From Octopus vulgaris (taxonomy: Eukaryota), in the NCBI GenBank assembly GCA_951406725.2, contig OX597816.1, forward strand, positions 91,636,001 through 91,700,000: DNA of 64,000 bases, given 5' to 3'. The notes under the pieces are model-generated. The model did no database searches. It saw only the letters and a program-made list of their open reading frames with translations, and had not been told where the DNA came from. Positions 1 to 12,199 of the stretch are shown one piece after another. The number at the start of each line of letters is the position of its first letter. Position 1 is the stretch's first letter. The position numbers and the translations under genes are program-made.

Positions 1-225
1 GCTGGCAGAAACGCTAGCGCGCCGGGCGAAATGCTTAGCGGTATTTCGTCTGCGTTACATTGTGAGTTCAAATTCCGCCGAGGTTGACTTTGCTTTTCAT
101 CCTTTCGGGGTTGATAAATTAAGTACCAGTTACACACTGGGGTCGATGTAATCGACTTAATACCTATGTCTGTCCTTGTTTGTCCCCTCTGTGTTTAGCC
201 CCTTGTGGGTAATAAAGAAATAGGT
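1..225 (+). mobile_element. tRNA-derived SINE type A (Nin/Deu-like central domain), cut by the window edge
   Basis: B-box-like GAGTTCAAATTCC, central GCTTTTCATCCTTTCGGGGTTGATAAATTAAGTACCAG and tail CCCCTCTGTGTTTAGCCCCTTGTGGGTAATAAAGAAA. Near-identical to 30002-30229 and 48874-49103(-). The Nin/Deu label is from recalled similarity. Confidence 0.85.
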
Positions 226-350
226 ATTATTTAGACAATCCAGTATCTCATCTGTGAGGTTCACACTAAGTGCCATCTATTTCACTTTACATTAGCTGAT
301 CAAACAAAGAGAATACTCATCTTCAAAACAAATGGAGACACACACACACA

Positions 351-880
351 TTGAGTCAAATGTGCTTTAGATATTGAGGGCAACAAGTTGACAAGCAGAA
401 GTGGAGCACTATACTTTGCCTTATAAGATTCTCAAACCTGTGTATTTTAATATTAAGTTTTGTTGACATTACCTTAGCCAGTAGGAATAATAAAGGAATT
501 CAATACTATTAATATGCTGTTTTGGTTCATTATTTGATTTTGATTTTTCCAGTTTCAGCTTATGAGCTGTGGCCATGCTGGGGCACCGCCATTATCTTGA
601 CTATATTTTGTGTTCTGCCCAGCCATATGCATGTGTGTTATATGGCTTAGCAGAGCACAAAATATAGTTGATATAATGAACCAACAGCATATCAGTAGTA
701 TTGAATTCTTTATTAAATCAGTAGGAATGAAATATCATTCCTACTGATTAAGGCAATGTCAGCAAAATTTAATATTAAAATACTCAGGTTTGAGAGTACT
801 ACAAGGTATTTTGCATGGGGCTCCACTTCTGCCTGCTAACTTGTTAAACCTCAATATCAAAACAGATTTTGTTGACTCAA
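351..880. repeat. ~530-bp imperfect palindrome (foldback/MITE-like element)
   Basis: TTGAGTCAA at 351 and TTGACTCAA ending at 880. The arms are complementary throughout (GCAGAAGTGGAGC/GCTCCACTTCTGC; CTCAAACCTG..TATTTTAATATTAA/TTAATATTAAAATA..CAGGTTTGAG). Centre near 622-646. Confidence 0.85.
534..589 (-). mobile_element. 3' tail-only SINE type B insertion with CATTAT target-site duplication
   Basis: GTTTCAGCTTATGAGCTGTGGCCATGCTGGGGCACCGCC matches the type B tail. CATTAT at 528-533 and 590-595. Confidence 0.7.
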
Positions 881-1579
881 AGCAATGAAACTGGACATCG
901 ACCTTTTTTAAAAGAATAAATAATAGCGATAAAGAAACAACAAAAAACCCACAGAGTATTAGAAATTAAACTTAATTATCAGCACGCATGTGGCTTGGAA
1001 ATCTGGTATTTATCTTTGGTTTGTAGAGATAAGTACAATTTTTGTTATTCAAATTACAAGTCTTTGTTAAAAACAAATAAAATGAAGACATCAAAATATA
1101 TGGTTAGATAATAGCTATAATCTAAAAGTTTGCAACTTTAATCACATTTTCTTTCATGAATCATTAATTCAAGATATGAAATATGTTAATTACATTTGCT
1201 CTGTTCCCAATTACAGACAGTGAGACTCAGAAGCTTTCTATATCTAATTTTATCTTTTTTTTTTTTTTTTTGCTTAGCTGTGCTTCCATAACACTAAGCA
1301 TAGCTGTGTGGTTAAGAAATTCATTTTGCATTCATGGAGCTCTAAGTTCACTCCCATTGCATAAATATAATATATAAAAAAAGAAAAAAATAGGAGAGGT
1401 GTCCATTATAAGTAAACAAAATCTGACTACACAATTTGCATTAAATATTAGTCAAACTTTTGTGAGCAAATCTGAATTAATATCAAGGTCAGCAAAGAGA
1501 TTAGCAAGTGAGCAGACACGAGAGTAATGAGTTCCTTTAGTTATGACTACCTCTCTAGGGTTGGTACAACACACATACA

Positions 1580-1775
1580 CAAAAATGCACCCAGTATTCT
1601 CTGTAAAGTGATTAGTCTTAGGAAGGGTATCCAGTCATAGAAACAAAGCTAAAATGAAATGCGAACAAAATTAGAACTCCAGCCCATCCAGGTAGCAATA
1701 CCCCTGAATACATCCTGTTTCCAACCATAACCTGTCTGGCCATACCGTCATGGGAAGCAAGCATAAAATGATGAT
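1580..1775 (+). mobile_element. Degenerate RTE 3'-end fragment or RTE-tailed SINE
   Basis: TTAGGAAGGGTATCCAGTCATAGAAAC ... CATGGGAAGCAAGCATAAAATGATGAT matches the RTE terminus at 46190-46330. Confidence 0.65.
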
Positions 1776-2784
1776 CAATTGAAATTCATGTTTTTTCCTA
1801 CATAATCAAATTTGAAATTACAGTAATATATATATATAGATTGATCAATAGCCACAAGTAAGTCTGATTGAAGATAAAAGCCAATTCTAGAAGGTATCTT
1901 GTCTAATTCAGTTTGGTAAATCAAAGTAAATAAACCAGGTTTTTTTTCTTTCCCGTGTTTTTTTAGACACACAAAATAAATAGCAAACAAATTCTAGGAA
2001 TAAGATAATGGTAGGACACAAAATATGTCCAATAATTATTTGAATAATACAGCAACAAAAGTTTAATACCAGATGATAGTCAGACAAAAATAAATCTAAA
2101 ATTTCTCATCTCCAGAATTCTAGCTATCTTACCATTGATAATATCGCATACCTTTACAAAAATAGTCTATCACCAAAAATAAAATGAATAACCTTTATCA
2201 AAAACTGCTGTTTCTCTTCACTTCTAACAAACAACTTCAAGTTAGTTATATCTAGGCTATAAAGCATTTTTTCATAATGTGATAAGTTACATTTGATGAT
2301 GATGGGATAAAGAGAAAGCTTCACTGTCAAGTTTTGTACATGTAAATTCCATTGGCTTGACTACCATTTAATATACCAGTTATGATGTTAGTGACCTCTA
2401 ATAAATATAAATCAACTATGCTGAAAACTAAAAAGATATGACATAATGAAAATAAACATATTTCATATAAAAAAATTTACTTTTTAGAGATTTTCACTCA
2501 TTATCTACTATATTTATAGTAACTACAAACAAAAATTCCTGTGAGAAGTCTTCTATAAAAATCCAAATGTAGAAAGATAACTCAGATTCTAACACAAGAA
2601 AAACAGTCCCCGTAGTTGATTATCACATTTCTATTTTAACTCCAGAACACATTTCAAGAAAGACAAAGTATCTTACATATACAATGTAGTTTATTAATCT
2701 TGCTACGCCATATTTATCTTCTTGCTCCAGATAATGGAAACAAAAATAGTGCTCAGAAAAATAAAATAATTTTTTAAATAGGTT

Positions 2785-3297
2785 TTAATCCTTTAGAATT
2801 TAATACGGCTATAACTAGCCCAAATATGCCTCCTGTTCTAAGTTCAAACTAACCAGGTCTGATGTCTCACACCTATCCTACAATGTCATCCTAAAAATAG
2901 ACAGTGACATCAAAATCTCACAGCTATGAGACAATACATGACTAATTCAAAACAATATCAGTAAATAAGCTTGTTTGTCATTTGATTGCGGCCATGCTGG
3001 AGCACCACCTTTAGTTGAGCAAATCGACCCCAGGACTTATTCTTTGTAAACCTAGTACTTATTCTATCGGTCTTTTTTGCCGAACCGCTAAGTTACGGAG
3101 ACGTAAACACACCAGCATTGGTTGTCAAGCGATGTTGGGGACACACACACATGTATATGACGGGCTTCTTTCAGTTTCCGTCTACCAAATCCACTCACAA
3201 GGCTTTGGTCGGCCCGAAGCTATAGTAGAAGACACTTACCCAAGGTGACATGCAGTGGGAATGAACCTTGACAATAATTTGAACACTAATGTGTTAA
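2785..3297. mobile_element. TTAA-flanked piggyBac-type MITE interrupted by a SINE
   Basis: TTAA at 2785 and 3294. The internal sequence (CTCACACCTATCCTACAATGTCATCCTAAAAATA) is the reverse complement of the MITE at 28410-28757. Confidence 0.65.
2970..3268 (-). mobile_element. tRNA-derived SINE type B (CORE-like), 5'-truncated
   Basis: Matches the full copy at 47148-47556 (CTTCTTTCAGTTTCCGTCTACCAAATCCACTCACAAGGCTTTGGTCGGCCCG). Confidence 0.85.
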
Positions 3298-5862
3298 CCA
3301 TTATCTAGTTACATCCAAACGGCTATTTAAAATTTTTCTGTTTGTAAATAGAGAGCACTAACTCCAGTTTGATTTCTGTAAAATTAATACAAAAGGCATT
3401 GAAAATTTTTATACAAAGCAGTAAGACAAACTGTAGAAGTAATTTCTTGGCATTATAGTGAGCTTAAAAATGCGTGTGTTTGCATGCCTGTGTGTGTATG
3501 TATTATATAATGAATTTTTCTAACTTGTTGGTAATAATCATAATATTAATCCTTAAGTACCTGGTAAAATAAAATAAAACTGGTATTTTATCACTACTAC
3601 CAGCTCAGTGGTTTGGAAGTGGGACACGATTTGTTAATGACTAGGCTAGAGCTAATGTTGTTTCACCTCTCAAATGTTTAACTGACAATGTTGATAGAAT
3701 ATAGAGATTTACAAAGGGAGAGAAACACTGCCAAATTTGAAATTTAACTTTTAAGAAATCAACTTAGTATTGCTAAAAGTGACCAATGACATTTATTGGT
3801 TATGTCATACATTCTGATCTGTACCAAGTTCTTTTACATCATTTTAGCTAATAAGGCAATAATTAAGTGTTCAATATAACTCTTTATGGTTAAATATAAT
3901 CTTTTTTCAGATCTGAATTTCAAATAAGCATATGAATTCCCATCTTCATTATTTATCTTTTGTCAACGATATATAAATGCATAATATCTTCCTAAAAAGG
4001 AAATGAATCTGCAATTAAAAAAAACAATGATGACAAAATAGAATTCTAATACTAAAAAAAAAAAAAAAAACGTCAATTTCAGAGAATTTTAATTGACATA
4101 GGAAATGACTAAGAATAAGGACCCCATTGTTTGTAGTACTTATAGTGTAAAACAATGTCACCATTAATAAATTGCCAATACCTGCCTTACAAAACATGAA
4201 AAACATGTTTTAGCAGTTGTGCAGTTATGTTGAAGGCAAGGGGAAATAAGTACCTTTGTTGGAATAGTAGTCTCCTCCAAACTCATGCCAGCATGACATT
4301 AAAACCATAATGAGGATTTCAGGCTGCCAGAGATATGATAAAAGACACTTGCCCAAGAATGCCTTCATTGAGATTTAAAAAATGTGGCTGCAAAGTGAAC
4401 TCATAATAATCTAGCCATACTTGTGCCAACTTGATAGGCCAAGATGCCAATAAGTAGAATTAAACCATATATGCATACACTGTGGGGGACCTCTATATGA
4501 TCTGTTAGACATAAAAACCAAATCTTCCTCAAACCAGACACTACTGTCTCTTAAAGAAGAACAAAAAATTTCATTGAATAAAGTCCTGGCTGTACGATAT
4601 ATATTAAAAATGATGGCATGGTCATGATTGGAATGTTTTTGATCATGTGTAATCAATTAAGGAAAATCTGATGCTCAGGGAGAAAAAGAGAGAGTAAAGA
4701 TGACTGCAATGCACAAACGCACAATGGATTCATAAATTTTGACAATATTTTACACATGAACATTGTGTTAATCACAAGCTACAAATCATGTCGTTGCCAT
4801 TTCTGTTAACAGTATGTTTACTTTGCACCTTTGAAGATGTGAAATCAGAGATCCCTTACTGGAGAAACAGGTTAGGAATCTGGCTGTAAAATAATGCCAC
4901 GATATAATTGTCTAACCCATGATAGCATGGAAAAATAAATATGAATGTACATACATATATGTCAGCAGATCTTATAAAACACACATATTCAAAGATGTAC
5001 ACACACTCAGTAGCATGTGTGTGCATAGAAACAATTATGTATAAGAGAAATGAGGCCTTTATTTAGTTATTAACCGGCACACTATTTTCCAAAACTATTG
5101 GCTATGAGCTTAAGTGAATTTCTATCACACTCCTCAGCACCAAAGTCTAATAAAATGAAGTAAATTATTAACGGTGGAATTCTAAATAGATAAATCAATA
5201 AATAATAGCAAGTTGAATATTGGGCTAAAAAAAGCCCTAAGATAGAAAAAGGATCAAGAATATTTTAATTTATGCTATTAAATTATTTTTAAAAGTGTTA
5301 AAGATTCACAATTGACAACAGAACTCAATGAGGTATGGCTAAAATAAATTTTAAATATATTATCAGTAGTAGTTATCTCTATAAATCCTTAATATAATTA
5401 TATATTTAAATTTTACCAACTTTTTGGTAGAAATTAATTAAGCTGCACATCTTTTATGTCTAAGCTTTCCCATTTAGCTAGTTTCTGTATAAGTATTAAA
5501 TTAAATCACATTTATTTCCCTTGAATAAAATATAACTTGCATATCCTTAGATTTACTGTAGACATTGAATATATACATTTCAATAAATGTCAGTTAAATC
5601 TGAAGATTAAAGCAATGGTTTTATATAAATTTATATTTAGATTTTTAGATTTATGAATTTAAAGACTAAAAGCTATATATTTGTGTGTGAAAATTAGAAA
5701 AGTTGAATTTATTTTATATTAGCGAATGAAAATATTTAGTTCTAAGAAAGACAACTCCTAGTTACTAAGTTATATTTTAATGTGATTTTTAAATAGCGAA
5801 ATTCGCGTGTACACCTCCATGTGAAAGGAAGATAGTTGAGAGATATGGATAGATAGATCTAT

Positions 5863-5930
5863 GTTTCTTTATAAGCCACACAAAGCTAAACACAAAGGGG
5901 ACAAAATACAAAGAGATTTTATTTTTGGGA
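5863..5930 (-). mobile_element. Second, very short Tx1-like LINE 3' end
   Basis: Minus strand reads TTTGTCCCCTTTGTGTTTAGCTTTGTGTGGCTTATAAAGAAAC, similar to the 3' end at 5964-6010, and is followed by (TCTA)n. Confidence 0.6.
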
Positions 5931-5963
5931 CAGATGTACATAGATAGATAGACACATAGATAA

Positions 5964-7150
5964 CTTTCTTTATTGGCTACACAGGGCTGAACACAGAAGG
6001 GACAACAAATGTAGAGCTTTTCTTTTCGAAAATGAAAAAAAAAAGAAAAAAAGAATAAGACAAAAAGAAAATCCTGTTCAGAAGGGATCGGGGGGGGGGA
6101 TCAAAAGGGATCGTATATCACAGAAGAATTTTATTTAAAAATTTAAAAAGCAAGATTAGGTTTATCCGTGGAAAGAAAAGCCTACAGAAAAGACCACGGT
6201 AACCTCAGTCAGGGAGGAAGGGAATAAACACGAGAACAAAGTGATCTCTCTCTCTTTCGATTTACAGGATCATGCTCAAAGTGGTTTCGTCACTCGCACG
6301 CACCATCTTTGTTACTTTCACCCACTTTTTTTTTAACTTTCACGAGATAAAACCGGCCTCTCCATTCTCACCTTCCTTTTCAAGTGGTACTTGAAAAAGT
6401 TGACGAGCGATTGGCCAGAGAGGTAAGTGTTTGTCTCTAATCCTTTTGCTCGAGTTCACCACACACATTCTTTCACCATAGCCACCAGTACGATGAAGAC
6501 TGCTTTGCCTTCCCGGTTGAGGGAAGGTGGCGGAGCAATTGTCACGATAGACTCGGCCGACAAGCGAACTCGTCCCACACGTGACAGCAGCTGTTCGGCA
6601 TAAGCCCACAGGTCCGAAATGGTTGGACACTGCACATGTGCGTGCAGAACGGTTTCGTCGCTCTGACCGCATCTCAGGCAAGTCGGTTCGGTATGTCTCG
6701 AACCGTTCATGTAGAGCTTATCCCAAACAGATGCTTCTCGATAGCACTGGCAGGCCAGGTTGATGATTGTCCATAGGTCCCGGCCCGAAAGTTGTCCTGA
6801 ACAGGCAGGTCAGGTGTTCCTCGTTGACGCCCAGATTCTGCTCGAGAACGTCGTTGAACCTCCCCACCACTAATCCTCTACAGAACGCCTTTGTTGAAAT
6901 GAAGTCGCACAAGTTTGGTCCCAGACGGCACAGCTGCTTGAGAGCAACGCGACACTCGCGGTGCCATTCGCCTAGCCTTGGTCTCTGATCCACGATTGCA
7001 GTTCAGCCAAGGAGACGAGCTGCGGGAAAGCGATCTGTACAAACAGTGACCACACCTGTTCACCGTCGTCTATAAAACACCAGAGATGTCGCAGTCTCAG
7101 CGCATCATCAACCACGGCATGCCTAGCCCTCCATTTACCGGGTGTTGACA
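5964..7150 (-). mobile_element. 5'-truncated L1/Tx1-clade LINE (ORF2 C-terminus with CCHC zinc knuckle, plus 3' UTR), frameshifted
   Basis: Translated pieces [11 protein letters not shown].., [21 protein letters not shown] and CLRCGQSDETVLHAHVQC (C-x2-C-x8-H-x4-C). T-rich 3' UTR ending AATAAAGAAAG. Confidence 0.8.
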
Positions 7151-7155
7151 GAGAC

Positions 7156-7188
<33 letters not shown>

Positions 7189-7736
7189 GGCAGACAGACA
7201 GACAGGCATATAGACAGACACATATAGACAGACAGACACATATAGACAGACAGACACATATAGACAGACAGACAGACACATAGACAGACAGACACAGACA
7301 GACAGACAGACACATATAGACAGACAGACAGACACATAGACAGACAGACAGACACACATAGACAGACAGAGACACACATAGACAGACAGAGACACACATA
7401 GACAGACAGAGACACACAGACAGACAGAGACACACATAGACAGACAGACACACAGACAGACAGAGACACACATAGACAGACAGAGACACACATAGACAGA
7501 CAGAGACACACATAGACAGACAGAGACACACATAGACAGACAGACACATAGACAGACAGACAGACATAGACAGACAGACATAGACAGACAGACAGACATA
7601 GACAGACAGACAGACATAGACAGACAGACAGACATAGACAGACAGACAGACATAGACAGACAGACAGACAGACATAGACAGACAGAAAGACAGACATAGA
7701 CAGACAGAAAGACAGACATAGACAGACAAGACAGAC

Positions 7737-7793
<57 letters not shown>

Positions 7794-7926
7794 TAGACAG
7801 ACAGACAGATATAGACAGACACAGACAGACAGACACAGACAGACAGACAGACATAGATAGACAGATAGACAGACAGGCATAGATAGACAGATAGACAGAC
7901 AGACAGACAGGCATATATAGATAGAT
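7147..7926. repeat. ~780-bp compound (GACA)n/(GATA)n microsatellite with higher-order variant units
   Basis: Directly visible. Sub-blocks such as CACATAGACAGACAGAGACA and CATAGACAGACAGACAGA are repeated. Confidence 0.97.
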
Positions 7927-8299
7927 GTTTGAGGTAATAGATCCAAAAGTATATGGACAGACCAGCTTTCTAAGACAAGGTAAAGCAAAAAAGTAGTAAT
8001 AATGGGTGAGAGTTAAGAACACACTGCTAGTAGAACTAAAGCAAGACCCAACTATGTATACGGAGAGATAAATGTTAAATATAAGAAATATAAGAAAACC
8101 TGCCAGTGTTTTCTCATTTGCTGAGCTGATCAGAAGAATTAATGTAATGTGATTCCAGCTGTTCCTGGTAGTTCACTCTGATTTCATGACCCTGAGTAGA
8201 TGCGAAATAAATTTCACTCCAGATAAGATGTTAATCTATCACAGGTAACATTTTCTGATCTCCCTGCTATTTTTCTCCAGACATCTCTATGATCCAAAG

Positions 8300-9420
8300 C
8301 GATGTGTTATGCCTAGAAATGCAAAAAGTTTGCAGTCCAAGCATGGCAATATCATAGTTCATTTACAGAAGGTAATGAAATTTTAAAAGTCTCAAATAAT
8401 TGCATCAAATTTTGAGCAGGTTAAGATGAGATTTAAATGGGGTCTGTGTTTGTACTAAGATACACACATTTCTAGAAAAAGTGTATGAAGGAAACCTGTA
8501 AAGGAAACCTACAACCTGTTATGTTAATCAGTATTTTAATGGTCAATGTAGAAAACTAGGTGAGGATTAGACTACTCAGATTATGTATGACAATATCTAA
8601 AAAAAACAAAGGGCCAGAGCTGACAATAAAAGTGAGTGAGTGACTTAATGTACAAGCAAATGCTCAGCAAAGCACTTTCATCAAACCTCTTTTCTTCATA
8701 GTCTTCAATATTATCACACAGGATTTCAGACCTGGAAACTGAAGAGAGCTTCTATACACTGCAGAATCTATAATGAACTCCAACAATATTAGACTTCAAA
8801 GAATGGACTATGTCGAAGATATGACGGTGAACATAGCTACTTAGTTCAGAGCACAATAGCTAAACAAAGAAATTATTCATTCTTGGTGTGCAGGAAAAAG
8901 TGGATAAACACTCAAGAAAGAGTACAGTGATGTTAATTAGAAAGCATAATTTTAGGTGCATCCAACATACTGAAGTAGCTATCACGACTGCTAAGAACAG
9001 AATACCATAGACTAGACTATTTAGATGGCTTGTTGAAAATAACAGATAAAATCTGTCACCTAGCACAGAGACTAGGGCTCAAGATGTTCAGCAAAATTGA
9101 TGAGTATGTAAAAGTATGATGCTATACAGAAGTGAGGCATAAGCCATAAATGAAACTGCTGATGGATGCTTTGTACAGACTGAGTACAAATGAATTGGGA
9201 AAAAATGATTAAGTAATAAAAGCATATGTTACAGTATGAAAAGATTACTTTTGATTAGGTCATGTGAACAGAGGAATATTAAATGTTAAGTGAAAAGGTA
9301 CTTTCAACAGGAAATGAAAAACACCACTGGTAGAGATAAACTAAATAAGGCCTGAGAAGTTAGATCAGCTCTGAGAACACTAAACCTAAAGAAAACATGG
9401 CACAAGATCAGTCTTATCTG
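8300..9420 (+). mobile_element. Ancient, highly degraded RTE LINE fragment
   Basis: About 8686-8760 translates to PLFFIVFNIITQDFRPGN*RELLY (compare PLLFIIVLQAITEEFKTGYPWELLY at 44647-44722). An LGHV-like motif lies near 9255. Confidence 0.6.
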
Positions 9421-9619
9421 TAGAAAATACATATTAAAACAATACATGGTTCATTTCAGTCATAACAGAAATTTTTCCCATCAACAAAGTTTCAAACAGC
9501 AATGAAATATGTGAAGTAGGAAGAAGTGTAGCATAAGCAAGTCAGAAAGAACGTGAATACTGAAGTCACTGGTTGAAAGAGAGATAGAGATATTTCATTT
9601 TTAATATGACACAGGAATA

Positions 9620-10105
9620 ACTTAGTGAAATGTACTACCTTTGTTTCAATTAGTTTTTAAAATTTGAAGAATTTATTAAATAACTATCATTATTCAGGTG
9701 TCTTATGGAGGCGATGACAAGAGATGGAGACTTTTGGTAATTTGCTGTGCTTGAGAGGACAGGTCAAGTTAGGCGAAATTGTAGTCATGGTCAGTGCCAG
9801 CGACACGTTAGAGGCACCCATCACACTATGGAGCGATTGGCATTAGGAAGGGCATCCAACTTTGAAGCCAAATTGAAACAGACTAGAGCCCAGTCCAACT
9901 CTTCGGCTTACAAGTTCCAGTCAAAACCATCTAACCCACACCAGCATGGAAAAATTGGATGCTAAATGACAATGATTATTAAGCCAGTGTTTGGAAAATA
10001 AATTAGCAAGAAATTTTGAAGGCAGGTTTTAATTTAAGTCACTTTAGAACACTTGTATCACAAAACTAAAGGTATTCTCAGGCAGGTTGATATCAAAAGG
10101 GTTAA
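9620..10105. mobile_element. TTAA-type MITE (same family as the outer element at 28346-28895) carrying an RTE-tail insertion at ~9700-9975
   Basis: Ends TATCAAAAGGGTTAA and its reverse complement aligns to 28342-28899. The insert has TTAGGAAGGGCATCCA and CCAGCATGGAAAAATTGGATGCTAAATGAC. Confidence 0.65.
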
Positions 10106-10332
10106 ATTCACATTCAACACCAAATAACTATTAACTTTTATTTAGGGCTTTAAATGTGTTAAAGTATTTGAGAAAAAGTGCAAATGTTAATTATAAATAA
10201 AGGATTGTTGAACTGTTAATACACCAATCAAATAGTCAGACAATGCTGTCCAAAGTGTTTTTGTTAAATACTCAAGGATTACATATCAGGAACAGGAGAA
10301 ACAGGATTGTTCAACAGGAAATTTAACAATGC

Positions 10333-11258
10333 CCAACATGTCAGGTTTGAATCAAGAAGAAAGCAAAGAAGATTGTAACATAACTATTTGGTAACTAATA
10401 AATGCGAGTCTGAATGTGAAACCTGTTAAGAGATCAATAAAATAAATACTATTAAAAAACTAGGATAAATGATTAAATATTGAAACTATCTGACATTTGC
10501 TTGGCTAATATAATGCTATTTGATCAAAATACTACAAGTGTCACGCTGTCGACAATGATTATTAAGCCAGTGTTTGGAAAATAAATTAGCAACAATTGAA
10601 ATAGTAGAACTTGTAGCACAACCCATTTTTCCTGTAAGTCACTGGAAATAAGGTTTCAAAAAATGTACACCAGTATAAATACAAAAGGAAAAGAATGCCA
10701 GCTAAACCAATCTAAAAAGTAATATTAATCAATACAAGACATAGATTTACTATTTAGCACCACATAGTCTAACAATGTAAACATTTATTATACCAGATAA
10801 CAAATTCAGAATAGAATGATATATAAATGTTAAAATGTCCAACATGTCAGGTTTGAATCAAGAAGAAAGCAAAGAAGATTGTAACATAACTATTTGGTAA
10901 CTAATAAATGCGAGTCTAATGTGAAACCTGTTAAGAGATCAATAAAATAAATACTATTAAAAAACTATAGAGAATGGATTAAATATTGAAACTATCTGAC
11001 ATTTGTTTGGCTAATATAATGCTATTTGATCAAAATACGTAGGGCTGCACAGCAAATACAATAATTTACAAACTAAACAACAATTGAAATAGTAGAACTT
11101 CTGTAGCACAACCCATTTTTCCCAGTCACTGGAAATAAGGTTTCAAAAAATGGCACTAAAGAGCAGAATACAAAAGGAAAGAATGGAATAACCAATCTAA
11201 AAGTAATATTAATCAATGTAGACATAGATTTACATAACTATTTGGTAACTAATAAATG
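10333..11258. repeat. Patchwork ~500-bp tandem duplication
   Basis: 10333-10532 matches 10839-11038 and 10590-10750 matches 11078-11232. Exact short copies: 10551-10592 = 9968-10009 and 11232-11258 = 10378-10404. Confidence 0.9.
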
Positions 11259-11789
11259 ATTACCCACATATACATTTATCGAACTAAATCAAATAGTGAC
11301 TGAAGACTATATCTGAAAAATTCAAACTTCTCTACAAATCAGGAACATACTGTACACAAAGTCTGGCTTTGTCTGGGGCAATAATGACTCAAATATAAAC
11401 AAGTTTTATCAATACTCCAAACATCAACACAGCATACATGCTCAATAATACAAACAACATACTTAAATTTGAAGTGCCACGTAAATTGAATCCTTACTGG
11501 GAGCAGAAAAATAAAACCTGAAGACTGGCTGAAAACTGTACAACTAAAAATAGAATAAGATTGTAAAATCACAACTACTGCTAGGCCTCACAATCATTGA
11601 AGATTTCTTCTAGTGATCTCACATTTGAAACATTAGTAAAAACCACAGCCTAAAGGTGGGGCTTACTCTTCCACGCCTGATAATACTTTAGCTTCAACAG
11701 TTGCAAACCCTGCTTCCACATTAGGGATGGTGCACTTGCCACCTACACACACACACCTACATACACACACCTACATACACAAAGGAAAG

Positions 11790-12193
11790 AGCACTTAACT
11801 GATTGCCTTAGAGCTGCTCACCAACACATTCTAGTCTCTGGCCCACAAATGTACTGCACCCTTACTCTACGTTTGTTGTTGCTATAGCTAAAGATGGAAT
11901 GAAACTAACTAACTCTTTGAAGAGCTGGCTAATCTTGTAACACCTCTAACCAGGCCTACCAGATTTACCGATCTCTCCTCTTGTCTCCTATGGTGCACCA
12001 ACTCCACTGGATCCCTCACTAACTACTATGGACAATCTTATCTCTCAACTGAATGTTTATCATCTGAAATTCCATCCTGCCAAGTTTTTCTCACAGTTAC
12101 CAATTTGCATTAATCTCACTAGTCTCAGAGGGTTTTCAAAGCCCATAGGGACAGACTTTTCCTTTAAACTAGGAAAAAAAAAAAAAAAAAAAA
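11790..12193 (+). mobile_element. Degraded CR1-like LINE 3' fragment with A-rich end
   Basis: LTNTF-SLAH.., EELANLV.. and (W)NSILP-like remnants. Shares AGTCTCAGAGG near its end with the copy at 29270-29750. Confidence 0.5.
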
Positions 12194-12199
12194 CCATTA

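Noticed and set aside
6972-8022. Three long minus-strand ORFs (241-338 aa) rich in SVCL
   Set aside because: They are translations of the (GACA)n microsatellite. Only the C-terminal ends read into the Tx1-like fragment.
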